Assembly: GCA_049325335.1 (NCBI GenBank)
Contig: JBMOMC010000001.1
Coordinates: 468,193-532,192, forward strand
Source: Nitrospirota bacterium
GTDB taxonomy: Bacteria; Nitrospirota; Nitrospiria; 2-01-FULL-66-17
Length of the DNA stretch: 64,000 nucleotides
Reading direction: 5' to 3'
Made by a program: the position numbers and the translations under genes. This document shows positions 1-9,302 of this stretch, piece by piece; the first letter of the stretch is position 1, and every line of letters starts with the position of its first letter. The notes under the pieces are model-generated. The model was not told the DNA's origin, did no database searches, and saw nothing but the letters and a program-made list of their open reading frames with translations.

Positions 1-24
1 TCCCCCCACTAGCGGGCATCTACG

Positions 25-333
25 AGGTCTTGCAATCAAACATTGGCGACCAACGCTTTGAAGTGTGTTCATGCAAAACCTCGCCCCTGATATGCTGATA
101 TGCAACCGCCGCCCGGCCGGGCACCCGTGCGCGATTTGGCTGCGCCAGTTGAGGACCCACTTAGGGTCAGACTTGTGATTTGGGTCACTTTTCGGGGTCA
201 TTTTCGGGGTCAGGTCTTGCAATCAAACATTGGCGACCAACGCTTTGAAGTGTGTTCATGCAAAACCTCGCCCCTGATATGCTGATATGCAACCGCCGCC
301 CGGCCGGGCACCCGCGCGCGATTTGGCTGCGCC
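25..333. repeat. 122-bp direct repeat (25-146 and 212-333)
   Basis: AGGTCTTGCAATCAAACATTGG...GATTTGGCTGCGCC occurs twice, 187 bp apart, with one mismatch (T128/C315); the spacer contains tandem TTTTCGGGGTCA units. Confidence 0.95.
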
Positions 334-560
334 GGTTGGATCTGGTCCACGCGGAATTGGCATCGGTTCGATTTCCGCGCACGGCCGACGACAGTCTGCG
401 CCTCTGCGCGTCACTCTCGGCCGCGAGTCTCCGCGCGCTGCATGACCGCCCGCGCCGAGAACAGTCGCGCCCCGATGTGGCCGATCTGATCGCTCGCTGG
501 GACCGCGCCGACGCCGCGCTGGCACGTCCCACCCGACGCGGTGGCCGTCACCCGCGATAG
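252..560 (+). CDS. small hypothetical protein, possible partner/antitoxin of the downstream nucleotidyltransferase (start uncertain)
   Basis: 102-aa ORF with helical-looking sequence; its 3' end overlaps the start of the NTase remnant. Confidence 0.4.
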   Translation: MFMQNLAPDMLICNRRPAGHPRAIWLRRLDLVHAELASVRFPRTADDSLRLCASLSAASLRALHDRPRREQSRPDVADLIARWDRADAALARPTRRGGRHPR

Positions 561-866
561 CCTGCCCCGCCCGTTGCAGCGCGCGGTCGCCTGTTTTCGT
601 CAGGCCCGTGTCCCGTATGCTCTGATCGGCGCGTGGGCGCGCGGTGTGGGGGCGCGTCCGCGCCACGCAGGACGTGGATTTTCTGGTCGTGGTGGACCAA
701 GCGAAGCTTTACGCGCTGGCCTTGCGCCTCGAGGCGTCCGGGATGACGCGCGACACGGCTTGGGAGCATCACAATCCCTTGCTGCGAGGCAGTCAGGTTT
801 GACTATCCGCCGGTGCAACCGTGATCGACGTGTTGCGGCCGCGGGATGCACAAGACGTGGCCGCAA
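541..866 (+). pseudogene. nucleotidyltransferase (Pol-beta superfamily, AbiEii/DUF6036-like) pseudogene
   Basis: YALIGAWA in frame 541 continues as AVWGRVRATQDVDF in frame 641 (frameshift at ~640); in-frame TGA at 800-802; similarity appears to end ~866. Confidence 0.75.
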
Positions 867-1977
867 CCGGCGGCTCCAATGACCTCGCAGCTTCCTCCCT
901 GCGCAGCTTTTCGACCCGCACCCCGATCAATCGGATCAATTTCCGCCGCGGGTTTTCGCGGCGATCCAAGAACGGGAGAAACAGTTTCATCACCTCCACC
1001 TCCAACACCTTCACCGAGTCCGTGGCCCGCGGCAGGGTGTGCGAGCGAGATTTGGTTTCAAAGTCCGCGAAACGGACCGTGACCACCACGGTACGAAAGC
1101 TCGCATAACCGGCGTGCGTGAGACGCGCCATCACGTCCCGGCTCATGGCCTTGAGGTGTTCCACCAACGTTTGGGAGTCTAACGTGTCGCGCAGGAAGGT
1201 CTCCTGCTCGCCGATGGACTTGACCTCGTTGGACTCCTGAACCGGGTCCTCGTCGCGTCCACGCACCCGTTCATACAGCGCCCGTCCCCATTTGCCGAAG
1301 CGCTCGACCAGGTCCGCTTGCGAGAACGGTTTGAGGTCTTGGACCAGAGTGATGCCCTGCTGCCGCAGCGCAGCCTCGGTCTTGGGCCCGATCCCGGGAA
1401 TCTTGCGCACCGAGAGCGGGGCAAGGAACGCCTCGGCGTCTTGCGCCTCGACCACGGTGAGTCCGTCAGGTTTGTGCGCGTCGGAGGCGATTTTAGCGAT
1501 CAATTTGTTCGGGCCGAGGCCGATGGACGCGGTCAGGCGTTCGTGCGCCACGATGTCGCGCTTGACCGCCAACGCCATCTCCCGCGCCCGCTCGTACGAG
1601 CCGGTCGCGCTCAGATCCACGTACAGTTCGTCGATGCCCGCCTGTTCGATGGTTGAGGCGTGCCGTTCCACGATAGCGCGGATGCGGGCCGACGTCTCCG
1701 CGTATTGCGCGAAGTTCGGACGCAGGAACACCACCGCGGGTTTGCCTTGGCGGCGCGCCCACTCCGACCGACGCCAGGCCTGCGTAATCGGCATGGCGGA
1801 ATGCAGGCCGTAGACGCGCGCCGGGTAGTTGGCGGTGGCCACCACGCCGCGCCCCTTGCCGTCCATCGGATCAGCCCCCACCGCGATGGGTAATCCTGTG
1901 AGGTGTGGACGCTCCCGCTCCTCCACCGCGGCAAAAAACGCGTCCATGTCCACATGCGCGATGATTCGCTGTGACAT
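793..1977 (-). CDS. dinB: DNA polymerase IV (Y family)
   Basis: IAHVDMDAFFAAVE, ATANYPAR, GIDELYVD, KIASDAHKPDG, IPGIGPKT, C-terminal IRLIGVRV little-finger motif. Confidence 0.96.
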   Translation of the reverse strand: MSQRIIAHVDMDAFFAAVEERERPHLTGLPIAVGADPMDGKGRGVVATANYPARVYGLHSAMPITQAWRRSEWARRQGKPAVVFLRPNFAQYAETSARIRAIVERHASTIEQAGIDELYVDLSATGSYERAREMALAVKRDIVAHERLTASIGLGPNKLIAKIASDAHKPDGLTVVEAQDAEAFLAPLSVRKIPGIGPKTEAALRQQGITLVQDLKPFSQADLVERFGKWGRALYERVRGRDEDPVQESNEVKSIGEQETFLRDTLDSQTLVEHLKAMSRDVMARLTHAGYASFRTVVVTVRFADFETKSRSHTLPRATDSVKVLEVEVMKLFLPFLDRRENPRRKLIRLIGVRVEKLRREEAARSLEPPVAATSCASRGRNTSITVAPADSQT

Positions 1978-2399
1978 GTCGGCTCCGGAACCCCCTGATC
2001 ATACCGCGCACCCCGCCATACCGGCCACGGTGGAACCGGCGGGTTATGCGGCATGTTCGCGCGACGCAGCGCGGTTGCGAGCGTGAGCCGCGCGGACAAC
2101 AGAAGAAGCCACCGGACGAATTTGCCCCGGAGCGTCCACGATCTGGGCGGCATGAGGAGTCAGCCTTCGGCTACCGGACGCGCGACCGCGCGAGAAGAGC
2201 ACGGACCGCCGACGGGCCGCCCCAATATGTACAACGGTCACCCCCGCCCCGTGCTGTCGATGCGGCGCGCGAGCTGGCATCTCATGAAAACGCGCCGGTA
2301 TAATGCCCGCGCGGGTCGTCCCGCCGCCGTCACGATGACTGACTCCATCGCCTATTCACCGCGTCTCGATTTCGGTATGTCCGCGCGTCATTTCACGGC

Positions 2400-4559
2400 A
2401 TGACGCGGCGTCGGCCGTCCCACGCGCCAGCCGATGCCGCCACCCCGGCGCGACCCACGCACCCGCCCGGCCCCGCGCAGGAGCGTTCTCGCTCACCCAC
2501 CGGATCCAACCGGCCCTGGCACCTCCTCGCGGTCGCGCTGATCCTCGCGGCGGTGGGCATCGCCTACGCCAACAGCCTTGACGCGGAATTTCAGTCCGAC
2601 GACCTCACGTTTACGGCCGACGCCACGCTGCGGCTCCAAGAACTCAGCGCGTCGGCGCTGGGGCGGGCGGTGTGGCACCGGCGACCGGTCGCCAGCCTCA
2701 CGTTCGCGCTCAACCACTATTGGGGCGGGGACCGCGTCATCGGCTACCACGTCGTCAACGTCGCGATCCACGCCGCGACCGCGCTCGTGTTGTACGCCTT
2801 GCTCGTATTGATCGGCCGGCTCCCGCGCGTCCGAGATCGGATGGGACCGCTCCCCGCACCCGCGGCGTTGGTCGCGGCCCTGCTCTGGGCCATGCACCCG
2901 GTCCACACCCAAGCGGTCACCTACGTTGTCCAGCGCATGACCAGCCTTGCGTCGTTGTTTTATGTGCTCGCGCTGATCGCCTATCTCAACGGCCGGCTGT
3001 GCGGCGGGCGACGCCGCGTCCTGTGGTGGGCCGCCTCCTTGGGCGCGGGCGCGTTGGCGCTCGGCAGCAAGGAAATCGCCGCCACGCTGCCGTTCGCGGT
3101 GTTGCTGGCGGAGGTCTGTTTGTTCCAGCCTGATCCGCGCGCCTTCCGACGCGCCGCGGTGGGCGCGGCCCTGGTACTGGTCCCGATCGGGATCGTGGCC
3201 GTGTTCGCCGCGCAGGACAAGGTGGGCGGGTCGTTCTGGACGCAATTGACCGCGCACCGGTCGGTCAAAGAGGAATTCACGTTCACCGAGCACCTCCTCA
3301 CCGAGGGACGCGTGATCGTCCACTACCTGACGTTGTTGGTCTTCCCCCACCCATCGCGGTTGACGTTCGATTACGCGTTCCCGCTCTCGCGCGGCTGGTT
3401 CGACCCGTGGTCAACCCTGGCGGGCTGGCTGACGGTGCTCGGCGCCATTGGGTGGGCCCTCGCCCGCATCCGCCGGTCGCCAGTCACGGCGTTCGGCATG
3501 TTGTGGTTCTTCCTCAATCTCGCGATTGAATCGAGCGTGATTCCTCTCGACCTGGCGTATGAACACCGGCTGTATTTGCCGTCGATGGGCCCGGCGATCC
3601 TCCTCGCGTTCGCGGGCGCGTGGGCATGGGCGCGATGGACGGCGCCTGGATGGCGCGCCGTCCAGGCGGTTGCGGCCGCGGCGGTCATCGTTACCGGCGC
3701 CGGGTGGACAATCGAGCGCAACCGCGTCTGGGCCACGGAGTTTTCCCTCTGGTCCGACACCGTGGCCAAGGCCCCCGCCAACGCCCGCGCGCTGGGCGGC
3801 CTGGCCATGGCCTACCGCGACCGCGGGGAGCTCGCCCGGGCGGTGGATCTCCTGCGAGAGGCGGTGCGCGTCTACCCCAAGTACCACAACGGCTACGGCC
3901 AACTCGGGTTGGCCCTGCTCGACGGCGGAGATCTCGACGGCGCGCTCGCGGCGTTTGTCCGCGCCCACGAACTCGACCCCAACGACCCTCAAGATACCTA
4001 CCACCTCGGCGTGGTCTACCAAAAACTGGGGAAACCGGACGAGGCGACGCGGGCGTTCCAAGACACGATCCGACTCAAACCCGACGACGCGGAAGCGCAC
4101 AACAATCTGGGCGCGTTGTACCAGGACAAGGGCCGCTGGCAGGACGCGCTCGCCGAATACCGGATCGCCGCGCGCCTAGACCCCGCGTTGCCGCAAGCCC
4201 ACTACGGGATGGGACGGGTGTTCGAGCGGCTGGGACAGGCCGATGCGGCGATTCGCGCCTACCGCGCCGCGATCCAATCCAACCCCCGACACCTGGACGC
4301 ACACGTCGCATTGGCCGGGCTGTATCTGGCCGGAGGAGACAAACCGGCCGCGGCGGACACCTTCGAAGCCGCGCTGCGCCTCGCGCCCGATGTGCCCGAG
4401 GGGCAGTATCAGGTCGCGCGCCTCTTGGACGAGCTCGGCCGCCATCCGGAGGCGCTCGCGCATTACCGCCGTTTTCTCGACCTCGCGGCGCCCGCCCACG
4501 CACGCACCCGCGCCTGGGTGGAACAGCGCATCCGCGCAATCTCAGCGGCGCCTCGTTAA
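2400..4559 (+). CDS. TMTC-like GT-C membrane glycosyltransferase with C-terminal TPR repeats
   Basis: FQSDD loop, RPVASLTFALN, HPVHTQAVTY, SKEIAA, YEHRLYLPS, RNRVW motifs, many TM segments, then repeated TPRs (AEAHNNLG, AHYGMG). Confidence 0.88.
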   Translation: MTRRRPSHAPADAATPARPTHPPGPAQERSRSPTGSNRPWHLLAVALILAAVGIAYANSLDAEFQSDDLTFTADATLRLQELSASALGRAVWHRRPVASLTFALNHYWGGDRVIGYHVVNVAIHAATALVLYALLVLIGRLPRVRDRMGPLPAPAALVAALLWAMHPVHTQAVTYVVQRMTSLASLFYVLALIAYLNGRLCGGRRRVLWWAASLGAGALALGSKEIAATLPFAVLLAEVCLFQPDPRAFRRAAVGAALVLVPIGIVAVFAAQDKVGGSFWTQLTAHRSVKEEFTFTEHLLTEGRVIVHYLTLLVFPHPSRLTFDYAFPLSRGWFDPWSTLAGWLTVLGAIGWALARIRRSPVTAFGMLWFFLNLAIESSVIPLDLAYEHRLYLPSMGPAILLAFAGAWAWARWTAPGWRAVQAVAAAAVIVTGAGWTIERNRVWATEFSLWSDTVAKAPANARALGGLAMAYRDRGELARAVDLLREAVRVYPKYHNGYGQLGLALLDGGDLDGALAAFVRAHELDPNDPQDTYHLGVVYQKLGKPDEATRAFQDTIRLKPDDAEAHNNLGALYQDKGRWQDALAEYRIAARLDPALPQAHYGMGRVFERLGQADAAIRAYRAAIQSNPRHLDAHVALAGLYLAGGDKPAAADTFEAALRLAPDVPEGQYQVARLLDELGRHPEALAHYRRFLDLAAPAHARTRAWVEQRIRAISAAPR

Positions 4560-4828
4560 CTCCCCGCGCGCCCCGTCCCGGCCCCGCTGCTATAGTTAAA
4601 ACGGGCGACGCAGGGTTTTGGTCAGTTCCACCAACGTGGACTCGTCGGCATGGCGGTGCTTCAATTCTGGAAAGGGAAGGTCGCGATCACCGCGCCGGCG
4701 TATTACGGATGCGGCCGCCTCGCCCTGTTGTTGGCCATTCCTCTCGGGCATGCGGAGGCGGCCCGACCGGACCGCCCTCGATTGGCCCCGAAAGGCCGCC
4801 AATGGATAATGGCATGTGGGAGTCCGCC

Positions 4829-5278
4829 ATGAACAACGCCTCGCGCCGACCGCGCCCCGAGCCCGACGGCCTGCGCCAACGCTCGCTGGCGTTGCGCCAG
4901 GCCCTGCTCGGCCTGCATAAAGCCTTGATCGATTCGGAACGGGTGGGGTTTGAACGCACCATGGGAACGATTAGTTCTCCGAACCATTTTTTGGAACTGT
5001 TGACCAGCGATCCCTGGTTCGCGTGGCTGCACCCGCTCTCGCGCCTGATCGTCTCAATGGACGAAACCTTGGACAGGGACACGCCCTTGACACACGCAGG
5101 CGTGGACGCGATGCTGAGTCAGTCCGGCGGCCTGCTCGTGGCGACCGAACACGGCAACGGATTTTCAGGACATTACTTCGAGGCGCTGCAACGAGACCCG
5201 GACGTGGTCCTCGCGCACGCGGAGGTCGTCAGACTCCTCAGTCCGCGGACGTTCAGGGACAGGGGGGCTGCACGGTAA
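4829..5278 (+). CDS. conserved hypothetical helical protein
   Basis: Protein-like C-terminal part of the 552-aa ORF (LHKALIDSER...DPWFAWLHPLS...LQRDPDVVLAHAEV); ATG 4829 preceded by GGGAG. Confidence 0.75.
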   Translation: MNNASRRPRPEPDGLRQRSLALRQALLGLHKALIDSERVGFERTMGTISSPNHFLELLTSDPWFAWLHPLSRLIVSMDETLDRDTPLTHAGVDAMLSQSGGLLVATEHGNGFSGHYFEALQRDPDVVLAHAEVVRLLSPRTFRDRGAAR

Positions 5279-5294
5279 CAACGGACTCCCTCGA

Positions 5295-5504
5295 TCACGC
5301 GGCCCCGCGGTCTGCGGCCCTGGCCCCACGCGTCGCCCGCCCTCGGCGCTCCAACGCGTGCAGCGCGGGCGGTAATTCGTCCGGCGTGACCGACGTAATG
5401 GCGATCCGATGTCCCACCCCGCGAATGCCGTCGGCATACCCCGCGGCCGAATGAAAGGTGTTCGTCACCGTGACCACTTCCCCATCCAGTCTGACGATAA
5501 ACAT
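5295..5504 (-). CDS. 69-aa hypothetical small protein
   Basis: ATG 5504 preceded by GGGGAGG RBS; sigma54 promoter upstream; MFIVRLDGEVVTVTNTFHSAAGYADG. Confidence 0.6.
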   Translation of the reverse strand: MFIVRLDGEVVTVTNTFHSAAGYADGIRGVGHRIAITSVTPDELPPALHALERRGRATRGARAADRGAA

Positions 5505-5572
5505 AGCAAGCCTCCCCGGACAGTGAATTGCGCGCGGAAGAAGCGTCGCTTCTCCCCTCGCCTCACGGGAAA

Positions 5573-5588
5573 AGCAAACGCGGTGCCA
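5573..5588 (-). promoter_or_regulatory. sigma54 (-24/-12) promoter
   Basis: Minus strand reads TGGCAC-CGCGT-TTGCT, matching TGGCAC-N5-TTGCW. Confidence 0.75.
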
Positions 5589-5744
5589 TCCCGATAGTGA
5601 CCAAAAATCCCGACCCGAACGACCGCCGACCGCCGGGAACGACGAAACTGTCGGTCCGTCGAACACATCTGTCGGTCCGACACGGTCGCGGACCGTCCGA
5701 CGACCAGGTTTGAGGGGTTCGGACTCGCTTGCTATAATTCGCGC

Positions 5745-8555
5745 GTGTCGGATCTTGTGGTTCCAAGCCGTGGATTGGTCGAAGACCTGACCCGTGTGTT
5801 CGCCCCCGGTCAGGTCCTGGGCGATCACCCCGCACTCACCGCCTATGCCATCGACGCGAGTATCTACCGCGTGCCGCCGCGCGCGGTGGTGCTGATCGAA
5901 TCCTTGCGCGATGCGGACGCCATCCTCGCGTTTTCGCGTCAACGCCGGATTCCGCTCACGTTTCGCAGCGGGGGCACCAACCTCACCGGCAACGCCGTGG
6001 GGGAGGGCATTATCGTGGACTGCTCCCGCATGCGGAGCCTGGTGGAGATCCGTGCCTCCGACGCATGGGCACGCGTACAACCCGGCATGGTCTACGCGGA
6101 GCTCAACACCGCCCTGGCTCCCCACGGACTCAAGTTTGCACCGGACCCGTCGAGCGGCGACATGTGTAAGCTCGGCGGCATGGTGGGGAACAACTCCGCG
6201 GGTCCGCGCTCGCTCAAGTACGGCGCGGTCAAGGACAACGTGCACTCGCTGGAGGTGTTGTTGGCGGACGGCACGCGCCTGACCGCCAAACCGTACCGCC
6301 TAGGGTCTCCCGAGTGCGAGGACCTGTTCGTGGCCGTGCCCGCGGTGCGTGAGCTGGCTCGTTTGGTGCGCGAGCACGCGGAGCTGATCCTGTCCAAACG
6401 GCGCGCGGTCAGCAAGAATTCCAGCGGCTACAACCTGTTCGCGCTCGCCGAGGGCCTGGCCCGCGGCGTGCTCGACCTGCCCCGCCTGTTCATCGGCAGC
6501 GAAGGCACGTTGGGCCTCGTGACCGAGGCCACGCTCCTCCTGGTCCCGCTGACTCGCGAGACCGCCACCGGGCTCTTTTTTTTCTCCCGCCTGGCCGAGG
6601 TCACGCAGGCCGTGGCCGCGCTCAGGCCCTTGGGCCCCAGCGCACTGGAGTTGATCGACGGGCACACCCTGGATTTGATCGGGCGGGCGCGGTTCGGCAT
6701 TCCCGACGGCGCGGACGCGGTGCTGCTGGTGGAGTTCGACGCGGCGCCCGCGGCCGAGCGGCTCGCGCGCGCGGACGCGGCCTGTCGCGGCTTGGCGCAG
6801 CCCGCGCCGCCCGCGTTGGCCGTGGAACCCGAACGCCAAGCCGCGCTCTGGGCCGTCCGCAAGGCCATCTACCCGACCTTGTATCGTTACGACTCCGCGC
6901 GGCACCCGGTGAACTTCGTGGACGATGTGGTGGTGCCGGCCGAGCGGCTCGCGGAGTTGGTCGCGTATCTGGAATCCGCGTTCGCGGCCGAAGGCGTGAC
7001 CGTGGCGATTTACGGGCACATCGGCGACGGCAACGCGCACGTCAACCCGCTGTTGAACCTGCGCGACCCGGCGGACTTTGACCGCATGGACCGGCTCTCG
7101 CGAACCATCCACGCGGCGGTGATCGAGCGGTTCGGCGGCTCGCTCTGCGGCGAACATGGCGACGGGCGCGTGCGCGCGGAGTTTCTCCCCGCGTTGTACG
7201 GCAAGGAGTTGTACGAACTGTTCCTCGAGACCAAACGGCTGTTCGATCCGGAGCAGCGTCTGAACCCCGGGGTCAAACTGTCCGCCGCGCCGTTTACCGA
7301 ACGCGTGGACGTCGAACGGTTGGCTAAACCCTGCGCCACGTGCGGCAAGTGTAATACCGTGTGCCCAGCCTACGACGTGTCGCGCGAGGAATCCAACGGC
7401 GCGCGCGGCTGGTACCACGTGTTGACCGCGCCGGACTTTTCCCACGAACGCGACGGCCGGGTGGTGGACGCGTGTTTGAACTGCCGGTCGTGCGCCGTGG
7501 TCTGCCCGGTGGGGATCGACGTGTCGCGCTACGCGCTCGCGCGCCGCGCAGAACGCCCCAACCCCGCGGCGGGCGTGGTCGCGCGCGCCCTGCTGCGGCC
7601 CAGGCTATTGGATCCCTTGGTGAAGTTCGCGGCCGCGACCCAACCCCTGTGGGACCGCCCCTTGCCGCGACGCGCGCTCGACGCGCTCACCCGCCCGTTC
7701 TTCCGGCGTCTCGCGCCCACCGCGCGGTTACCGCACGACCTGCGGCTCCCGCGGCTGGCCGCGCGAACCCTGCGCGAGCGCCATCACCCGCTAACCGAAG
7801 ACGCGGGCGCACGCGGCGCGGTTGCCTATTTTCACGGCTGCGCCGCCAACTATTTCGACGACGGCGTGGGGGATGCCGTGATCCGGCTGTTGCAACGCCG
7901 CAACATGGGCCCGGTGTTGCCGGATCAGCGGTGTTCCGGCACCCCGATTCAAACCTACGGCCAGACCGACCCGTTGATGGAGGCCGCGCGGTTCAACCTC
8001 GACCGCCTCGCGCGCTTTGACACCGTGGTCACGGGCTGCGCCTCCTGCACCCTGATGTTGAAGGATTACCCGACGCTGTTCTCGGGCGCGGAACGCGCAG
8101 CCGCCGAATCCCTCGCCGGCAAGGTGCGCCACATCACGGAGATTCTTGCCCGTACCCCCCTCGCCCCCTCCCCCTCTCGCCCCCTCACCGGTTCGATCAC
8201 CACCGTCGCCTATCACTCGTCCTGTCACCTCCGCGCGGCGGGCGTCTCGAACGAGCCTCGTGGCGTGCTGGCAAACCTGCCGGGGGTGCGTTACGTGGAA
8301 ATGCCGGACGCGGACCGTTGCGCGGGCGGCGCCGGCACGTTTATCGTGAAAAACCCCGAGCTGTCCGATCAGATCGCCGCGCGCAAGCGCCGGGCGGTGC
8401 ACGCGTCGGGCGCCGACGTGGTGGCCACCAGTTGTCCGGCCTGTATGATCCGGCTCCGCGCGGGCTTGCCGGAGCGTATCCGGGTCACGCACGTGGCGCA
8501 GGCCGTGGACGATGCGGAAGCCGCTCGGACCCACGGGCACGGCGACCACGGCTGA
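5745..8555 (+). CDS. FAD-binding / 4Fe-4S / CCG-domain oxidoreductase (GlcD+GlcF-like fusion)
   Basis: FRSGGTNLTG, GSEGTLG, GHIGDGNAH, GEHGDG, CATCGKC...CP, CLNCRSCAVVCP, YFHGC, YHSSCH, CAGGAG. Confidence 0.92.
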   Translation: MSDLVVPSRGLVEDLTRVFAPGQVLGDHPALTAYAIDASIYRVPPRAVVLIESLRDADAILAFSRQRRIPLTFRSGGTNLTGNAVGEGIIVDCSRMRSLVEIRASDAWARVQPGMVYAELNTALAPHGLKFAPDPSSGDMCKLGGMVGNNSAGPRSLKYGAVKDNVHSLEVLLADGTRLTAKPYRLGSPECEDLFVAVPAVRELARLVREHAELILSKRRAVSKNSSGYNLFALAEGLARGVLDLPRLFIGSEGTLGLVTEATLLLVPLTRETATGLFFFSRLAEVTQAVAALRPLGPSALELIDGHTLDLIGRARFGIPDGADAVLLVEFDAAPAAERLARADAACRGLAQPAPPALAVEPERQAALWAVRKAIYPTLYRYDSARHPVNFVDDVVVPAERLAELVAYLESAFAAEGVTVAIYGHIGDGNAHVNPLLNLRDPADFDRMDRLSRTIHAAVIERFGGSLCGEHGDGRVRAEFLPALYGKELYELFLETKRLFDPEQRLNPGVKLSAAPFTERVDVERLAKPCATCGKCNTVCPAYDVSREESNGARGWYHVLTAPDFSHERDGRVVDACLNCRSCAVVCPVGIDVSRYALARRAERPNPAAGVVARALLRPRLLDPLVKFAAATQPLWDRPLPRRALDALTRPFFRRLAPTARLPHDLRLPRLAARTLRERHHPLTEDAGARGAVAYFHGCAANYFDDGVGDAVIRLLQRRNMGPVLPDQRCSGTPIQTYGQTDPLMEAARFNLDRLARFDTVVTGCASCTLMLKDYPTLFSGAERAAAESLAGKVRHITEILARTPLAPSPSRPLTGSITTVAYHSSCHLRAAGVSNEPRGVLANLPGVRYVEMPDADRCAGGAGTFIVKNPELSDQIAARKRRAVHASGADVVATSCPACMIRLRAGLPERIRVTHVAQAVDDAEAARTHGHGDHG

Positions 8556-8559
8556 CCCC

Positions 8560-9285
8560 ATGCACCTGCGCGTGATGACCTACAACATTCACAGCGGGTT
8601 CGGCCTGGACGGCTACGACTTGCACGCGATCCACCGCGCCATCGAACACGAACGCGTGGATCTGGTTGCGTTGCAAGAAGTCGACTTTGGACTGCGCCGG
8701 ACCGGGTACCTGAACCAGGCGCGGTGGCTGGCCGACCGGCTCGGCCTGCACGCGATCGCGGGCGGTACCCGCCGCCAAGGCCGGTACGGCAACGCGTTGT
8801 TGACCCGCTGGCCCGCCACGTTCGTGATGAACCACAACTTGACCGTGTGGCCCCAGCCGGGACGCGCGTGCCTGGAGGTGCACCTGGCCATGCCCAAGGG
8901 CACCTTGCGGTGTTACGTCACGCACTTCGGCCTCCTGCCCCAGGAGCGAACGGTTCAGGCGGAACGGTTGATCGACGAGATTATTCCCGAGGACGACGAT
9001 CGCCACCCGGCCGTCTTGATGGGAGACTTCAACACCGCGCCGCGCAGTCGGGTGTCGGGGCGGTTACGCGGGCGGTTTATCGACGCGTTCGACGCCGTGG
9101 GCAACGGACGATCCGCCACCTTTCACGCGCGTCTGCCCGGCGTGCGATTCGATTACATCTACACCGGGCCCAGACTCACGCCGCAGTCCTGTCACGTGGC
9201 GGCTAACCCCTGGTCCGAACGCGGGTCGGACCACTTGCCCCTGGTCGCGTCCGTGTCCGTGTCGTTCGGACCCAAACGATCCTAA
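8560..9285 (+). CDS. endonuclease/exonuclease/phosphatase family protein
   Basis: LRVMTYNIH, VALQEV, YGNALL, MGDFN, FDYI, SDHLP. Confidence 0.92.
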   Translation: MHLRVMTYNIHSGFGLDGYDLHAIHRAIEHERVDLVALQEVDFGLRRTGYLNQARWLADRLGLHAIAGGTRRQGRYGNALLTRWPATFVMNHNLTVWPQPGRACLEVHLAMPKGTLRCYVTHFGLLPQERTVQAERLIDEIIPEDDDRHPAVLMGDFNTAPRSRVSGRLRGRFIDAFDAVGNGRSATFHARLPGVRFDYIYTGPRLTPQSCHVAANPWSERGSDHLPLVASVSVSFGPKRS

Positions 9286-9302
9286 CCGCGCGTACTCCCG
9301 GG

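Noticed and set aside
1978..2100. LexA box upstream of dinB
   Set aside because: No match to the SOS box motifs I know
4600..4810. Cobalamin or c-di-GMP riboswitch (GGTGC...AAAGGGAA)
   Set aside because: Lacks the GGTG/AATCC and GCCCCCGCAACTGT core and the GEMM GCAAAC/GACGCAAAG core
3620..4828. N-terminal 403 aa of the 552-aa ORF
   Set aside because: Arg/Gly/Pro-rich off-frame shadow of the TMTC gene; only the part from 4829 looks coding
8156..8190. CCCCTC-type short tandem repeats in the oxidoreductase
   Set aside because: Short, degenerate, in-frame inter-domain linker; no evidence of function
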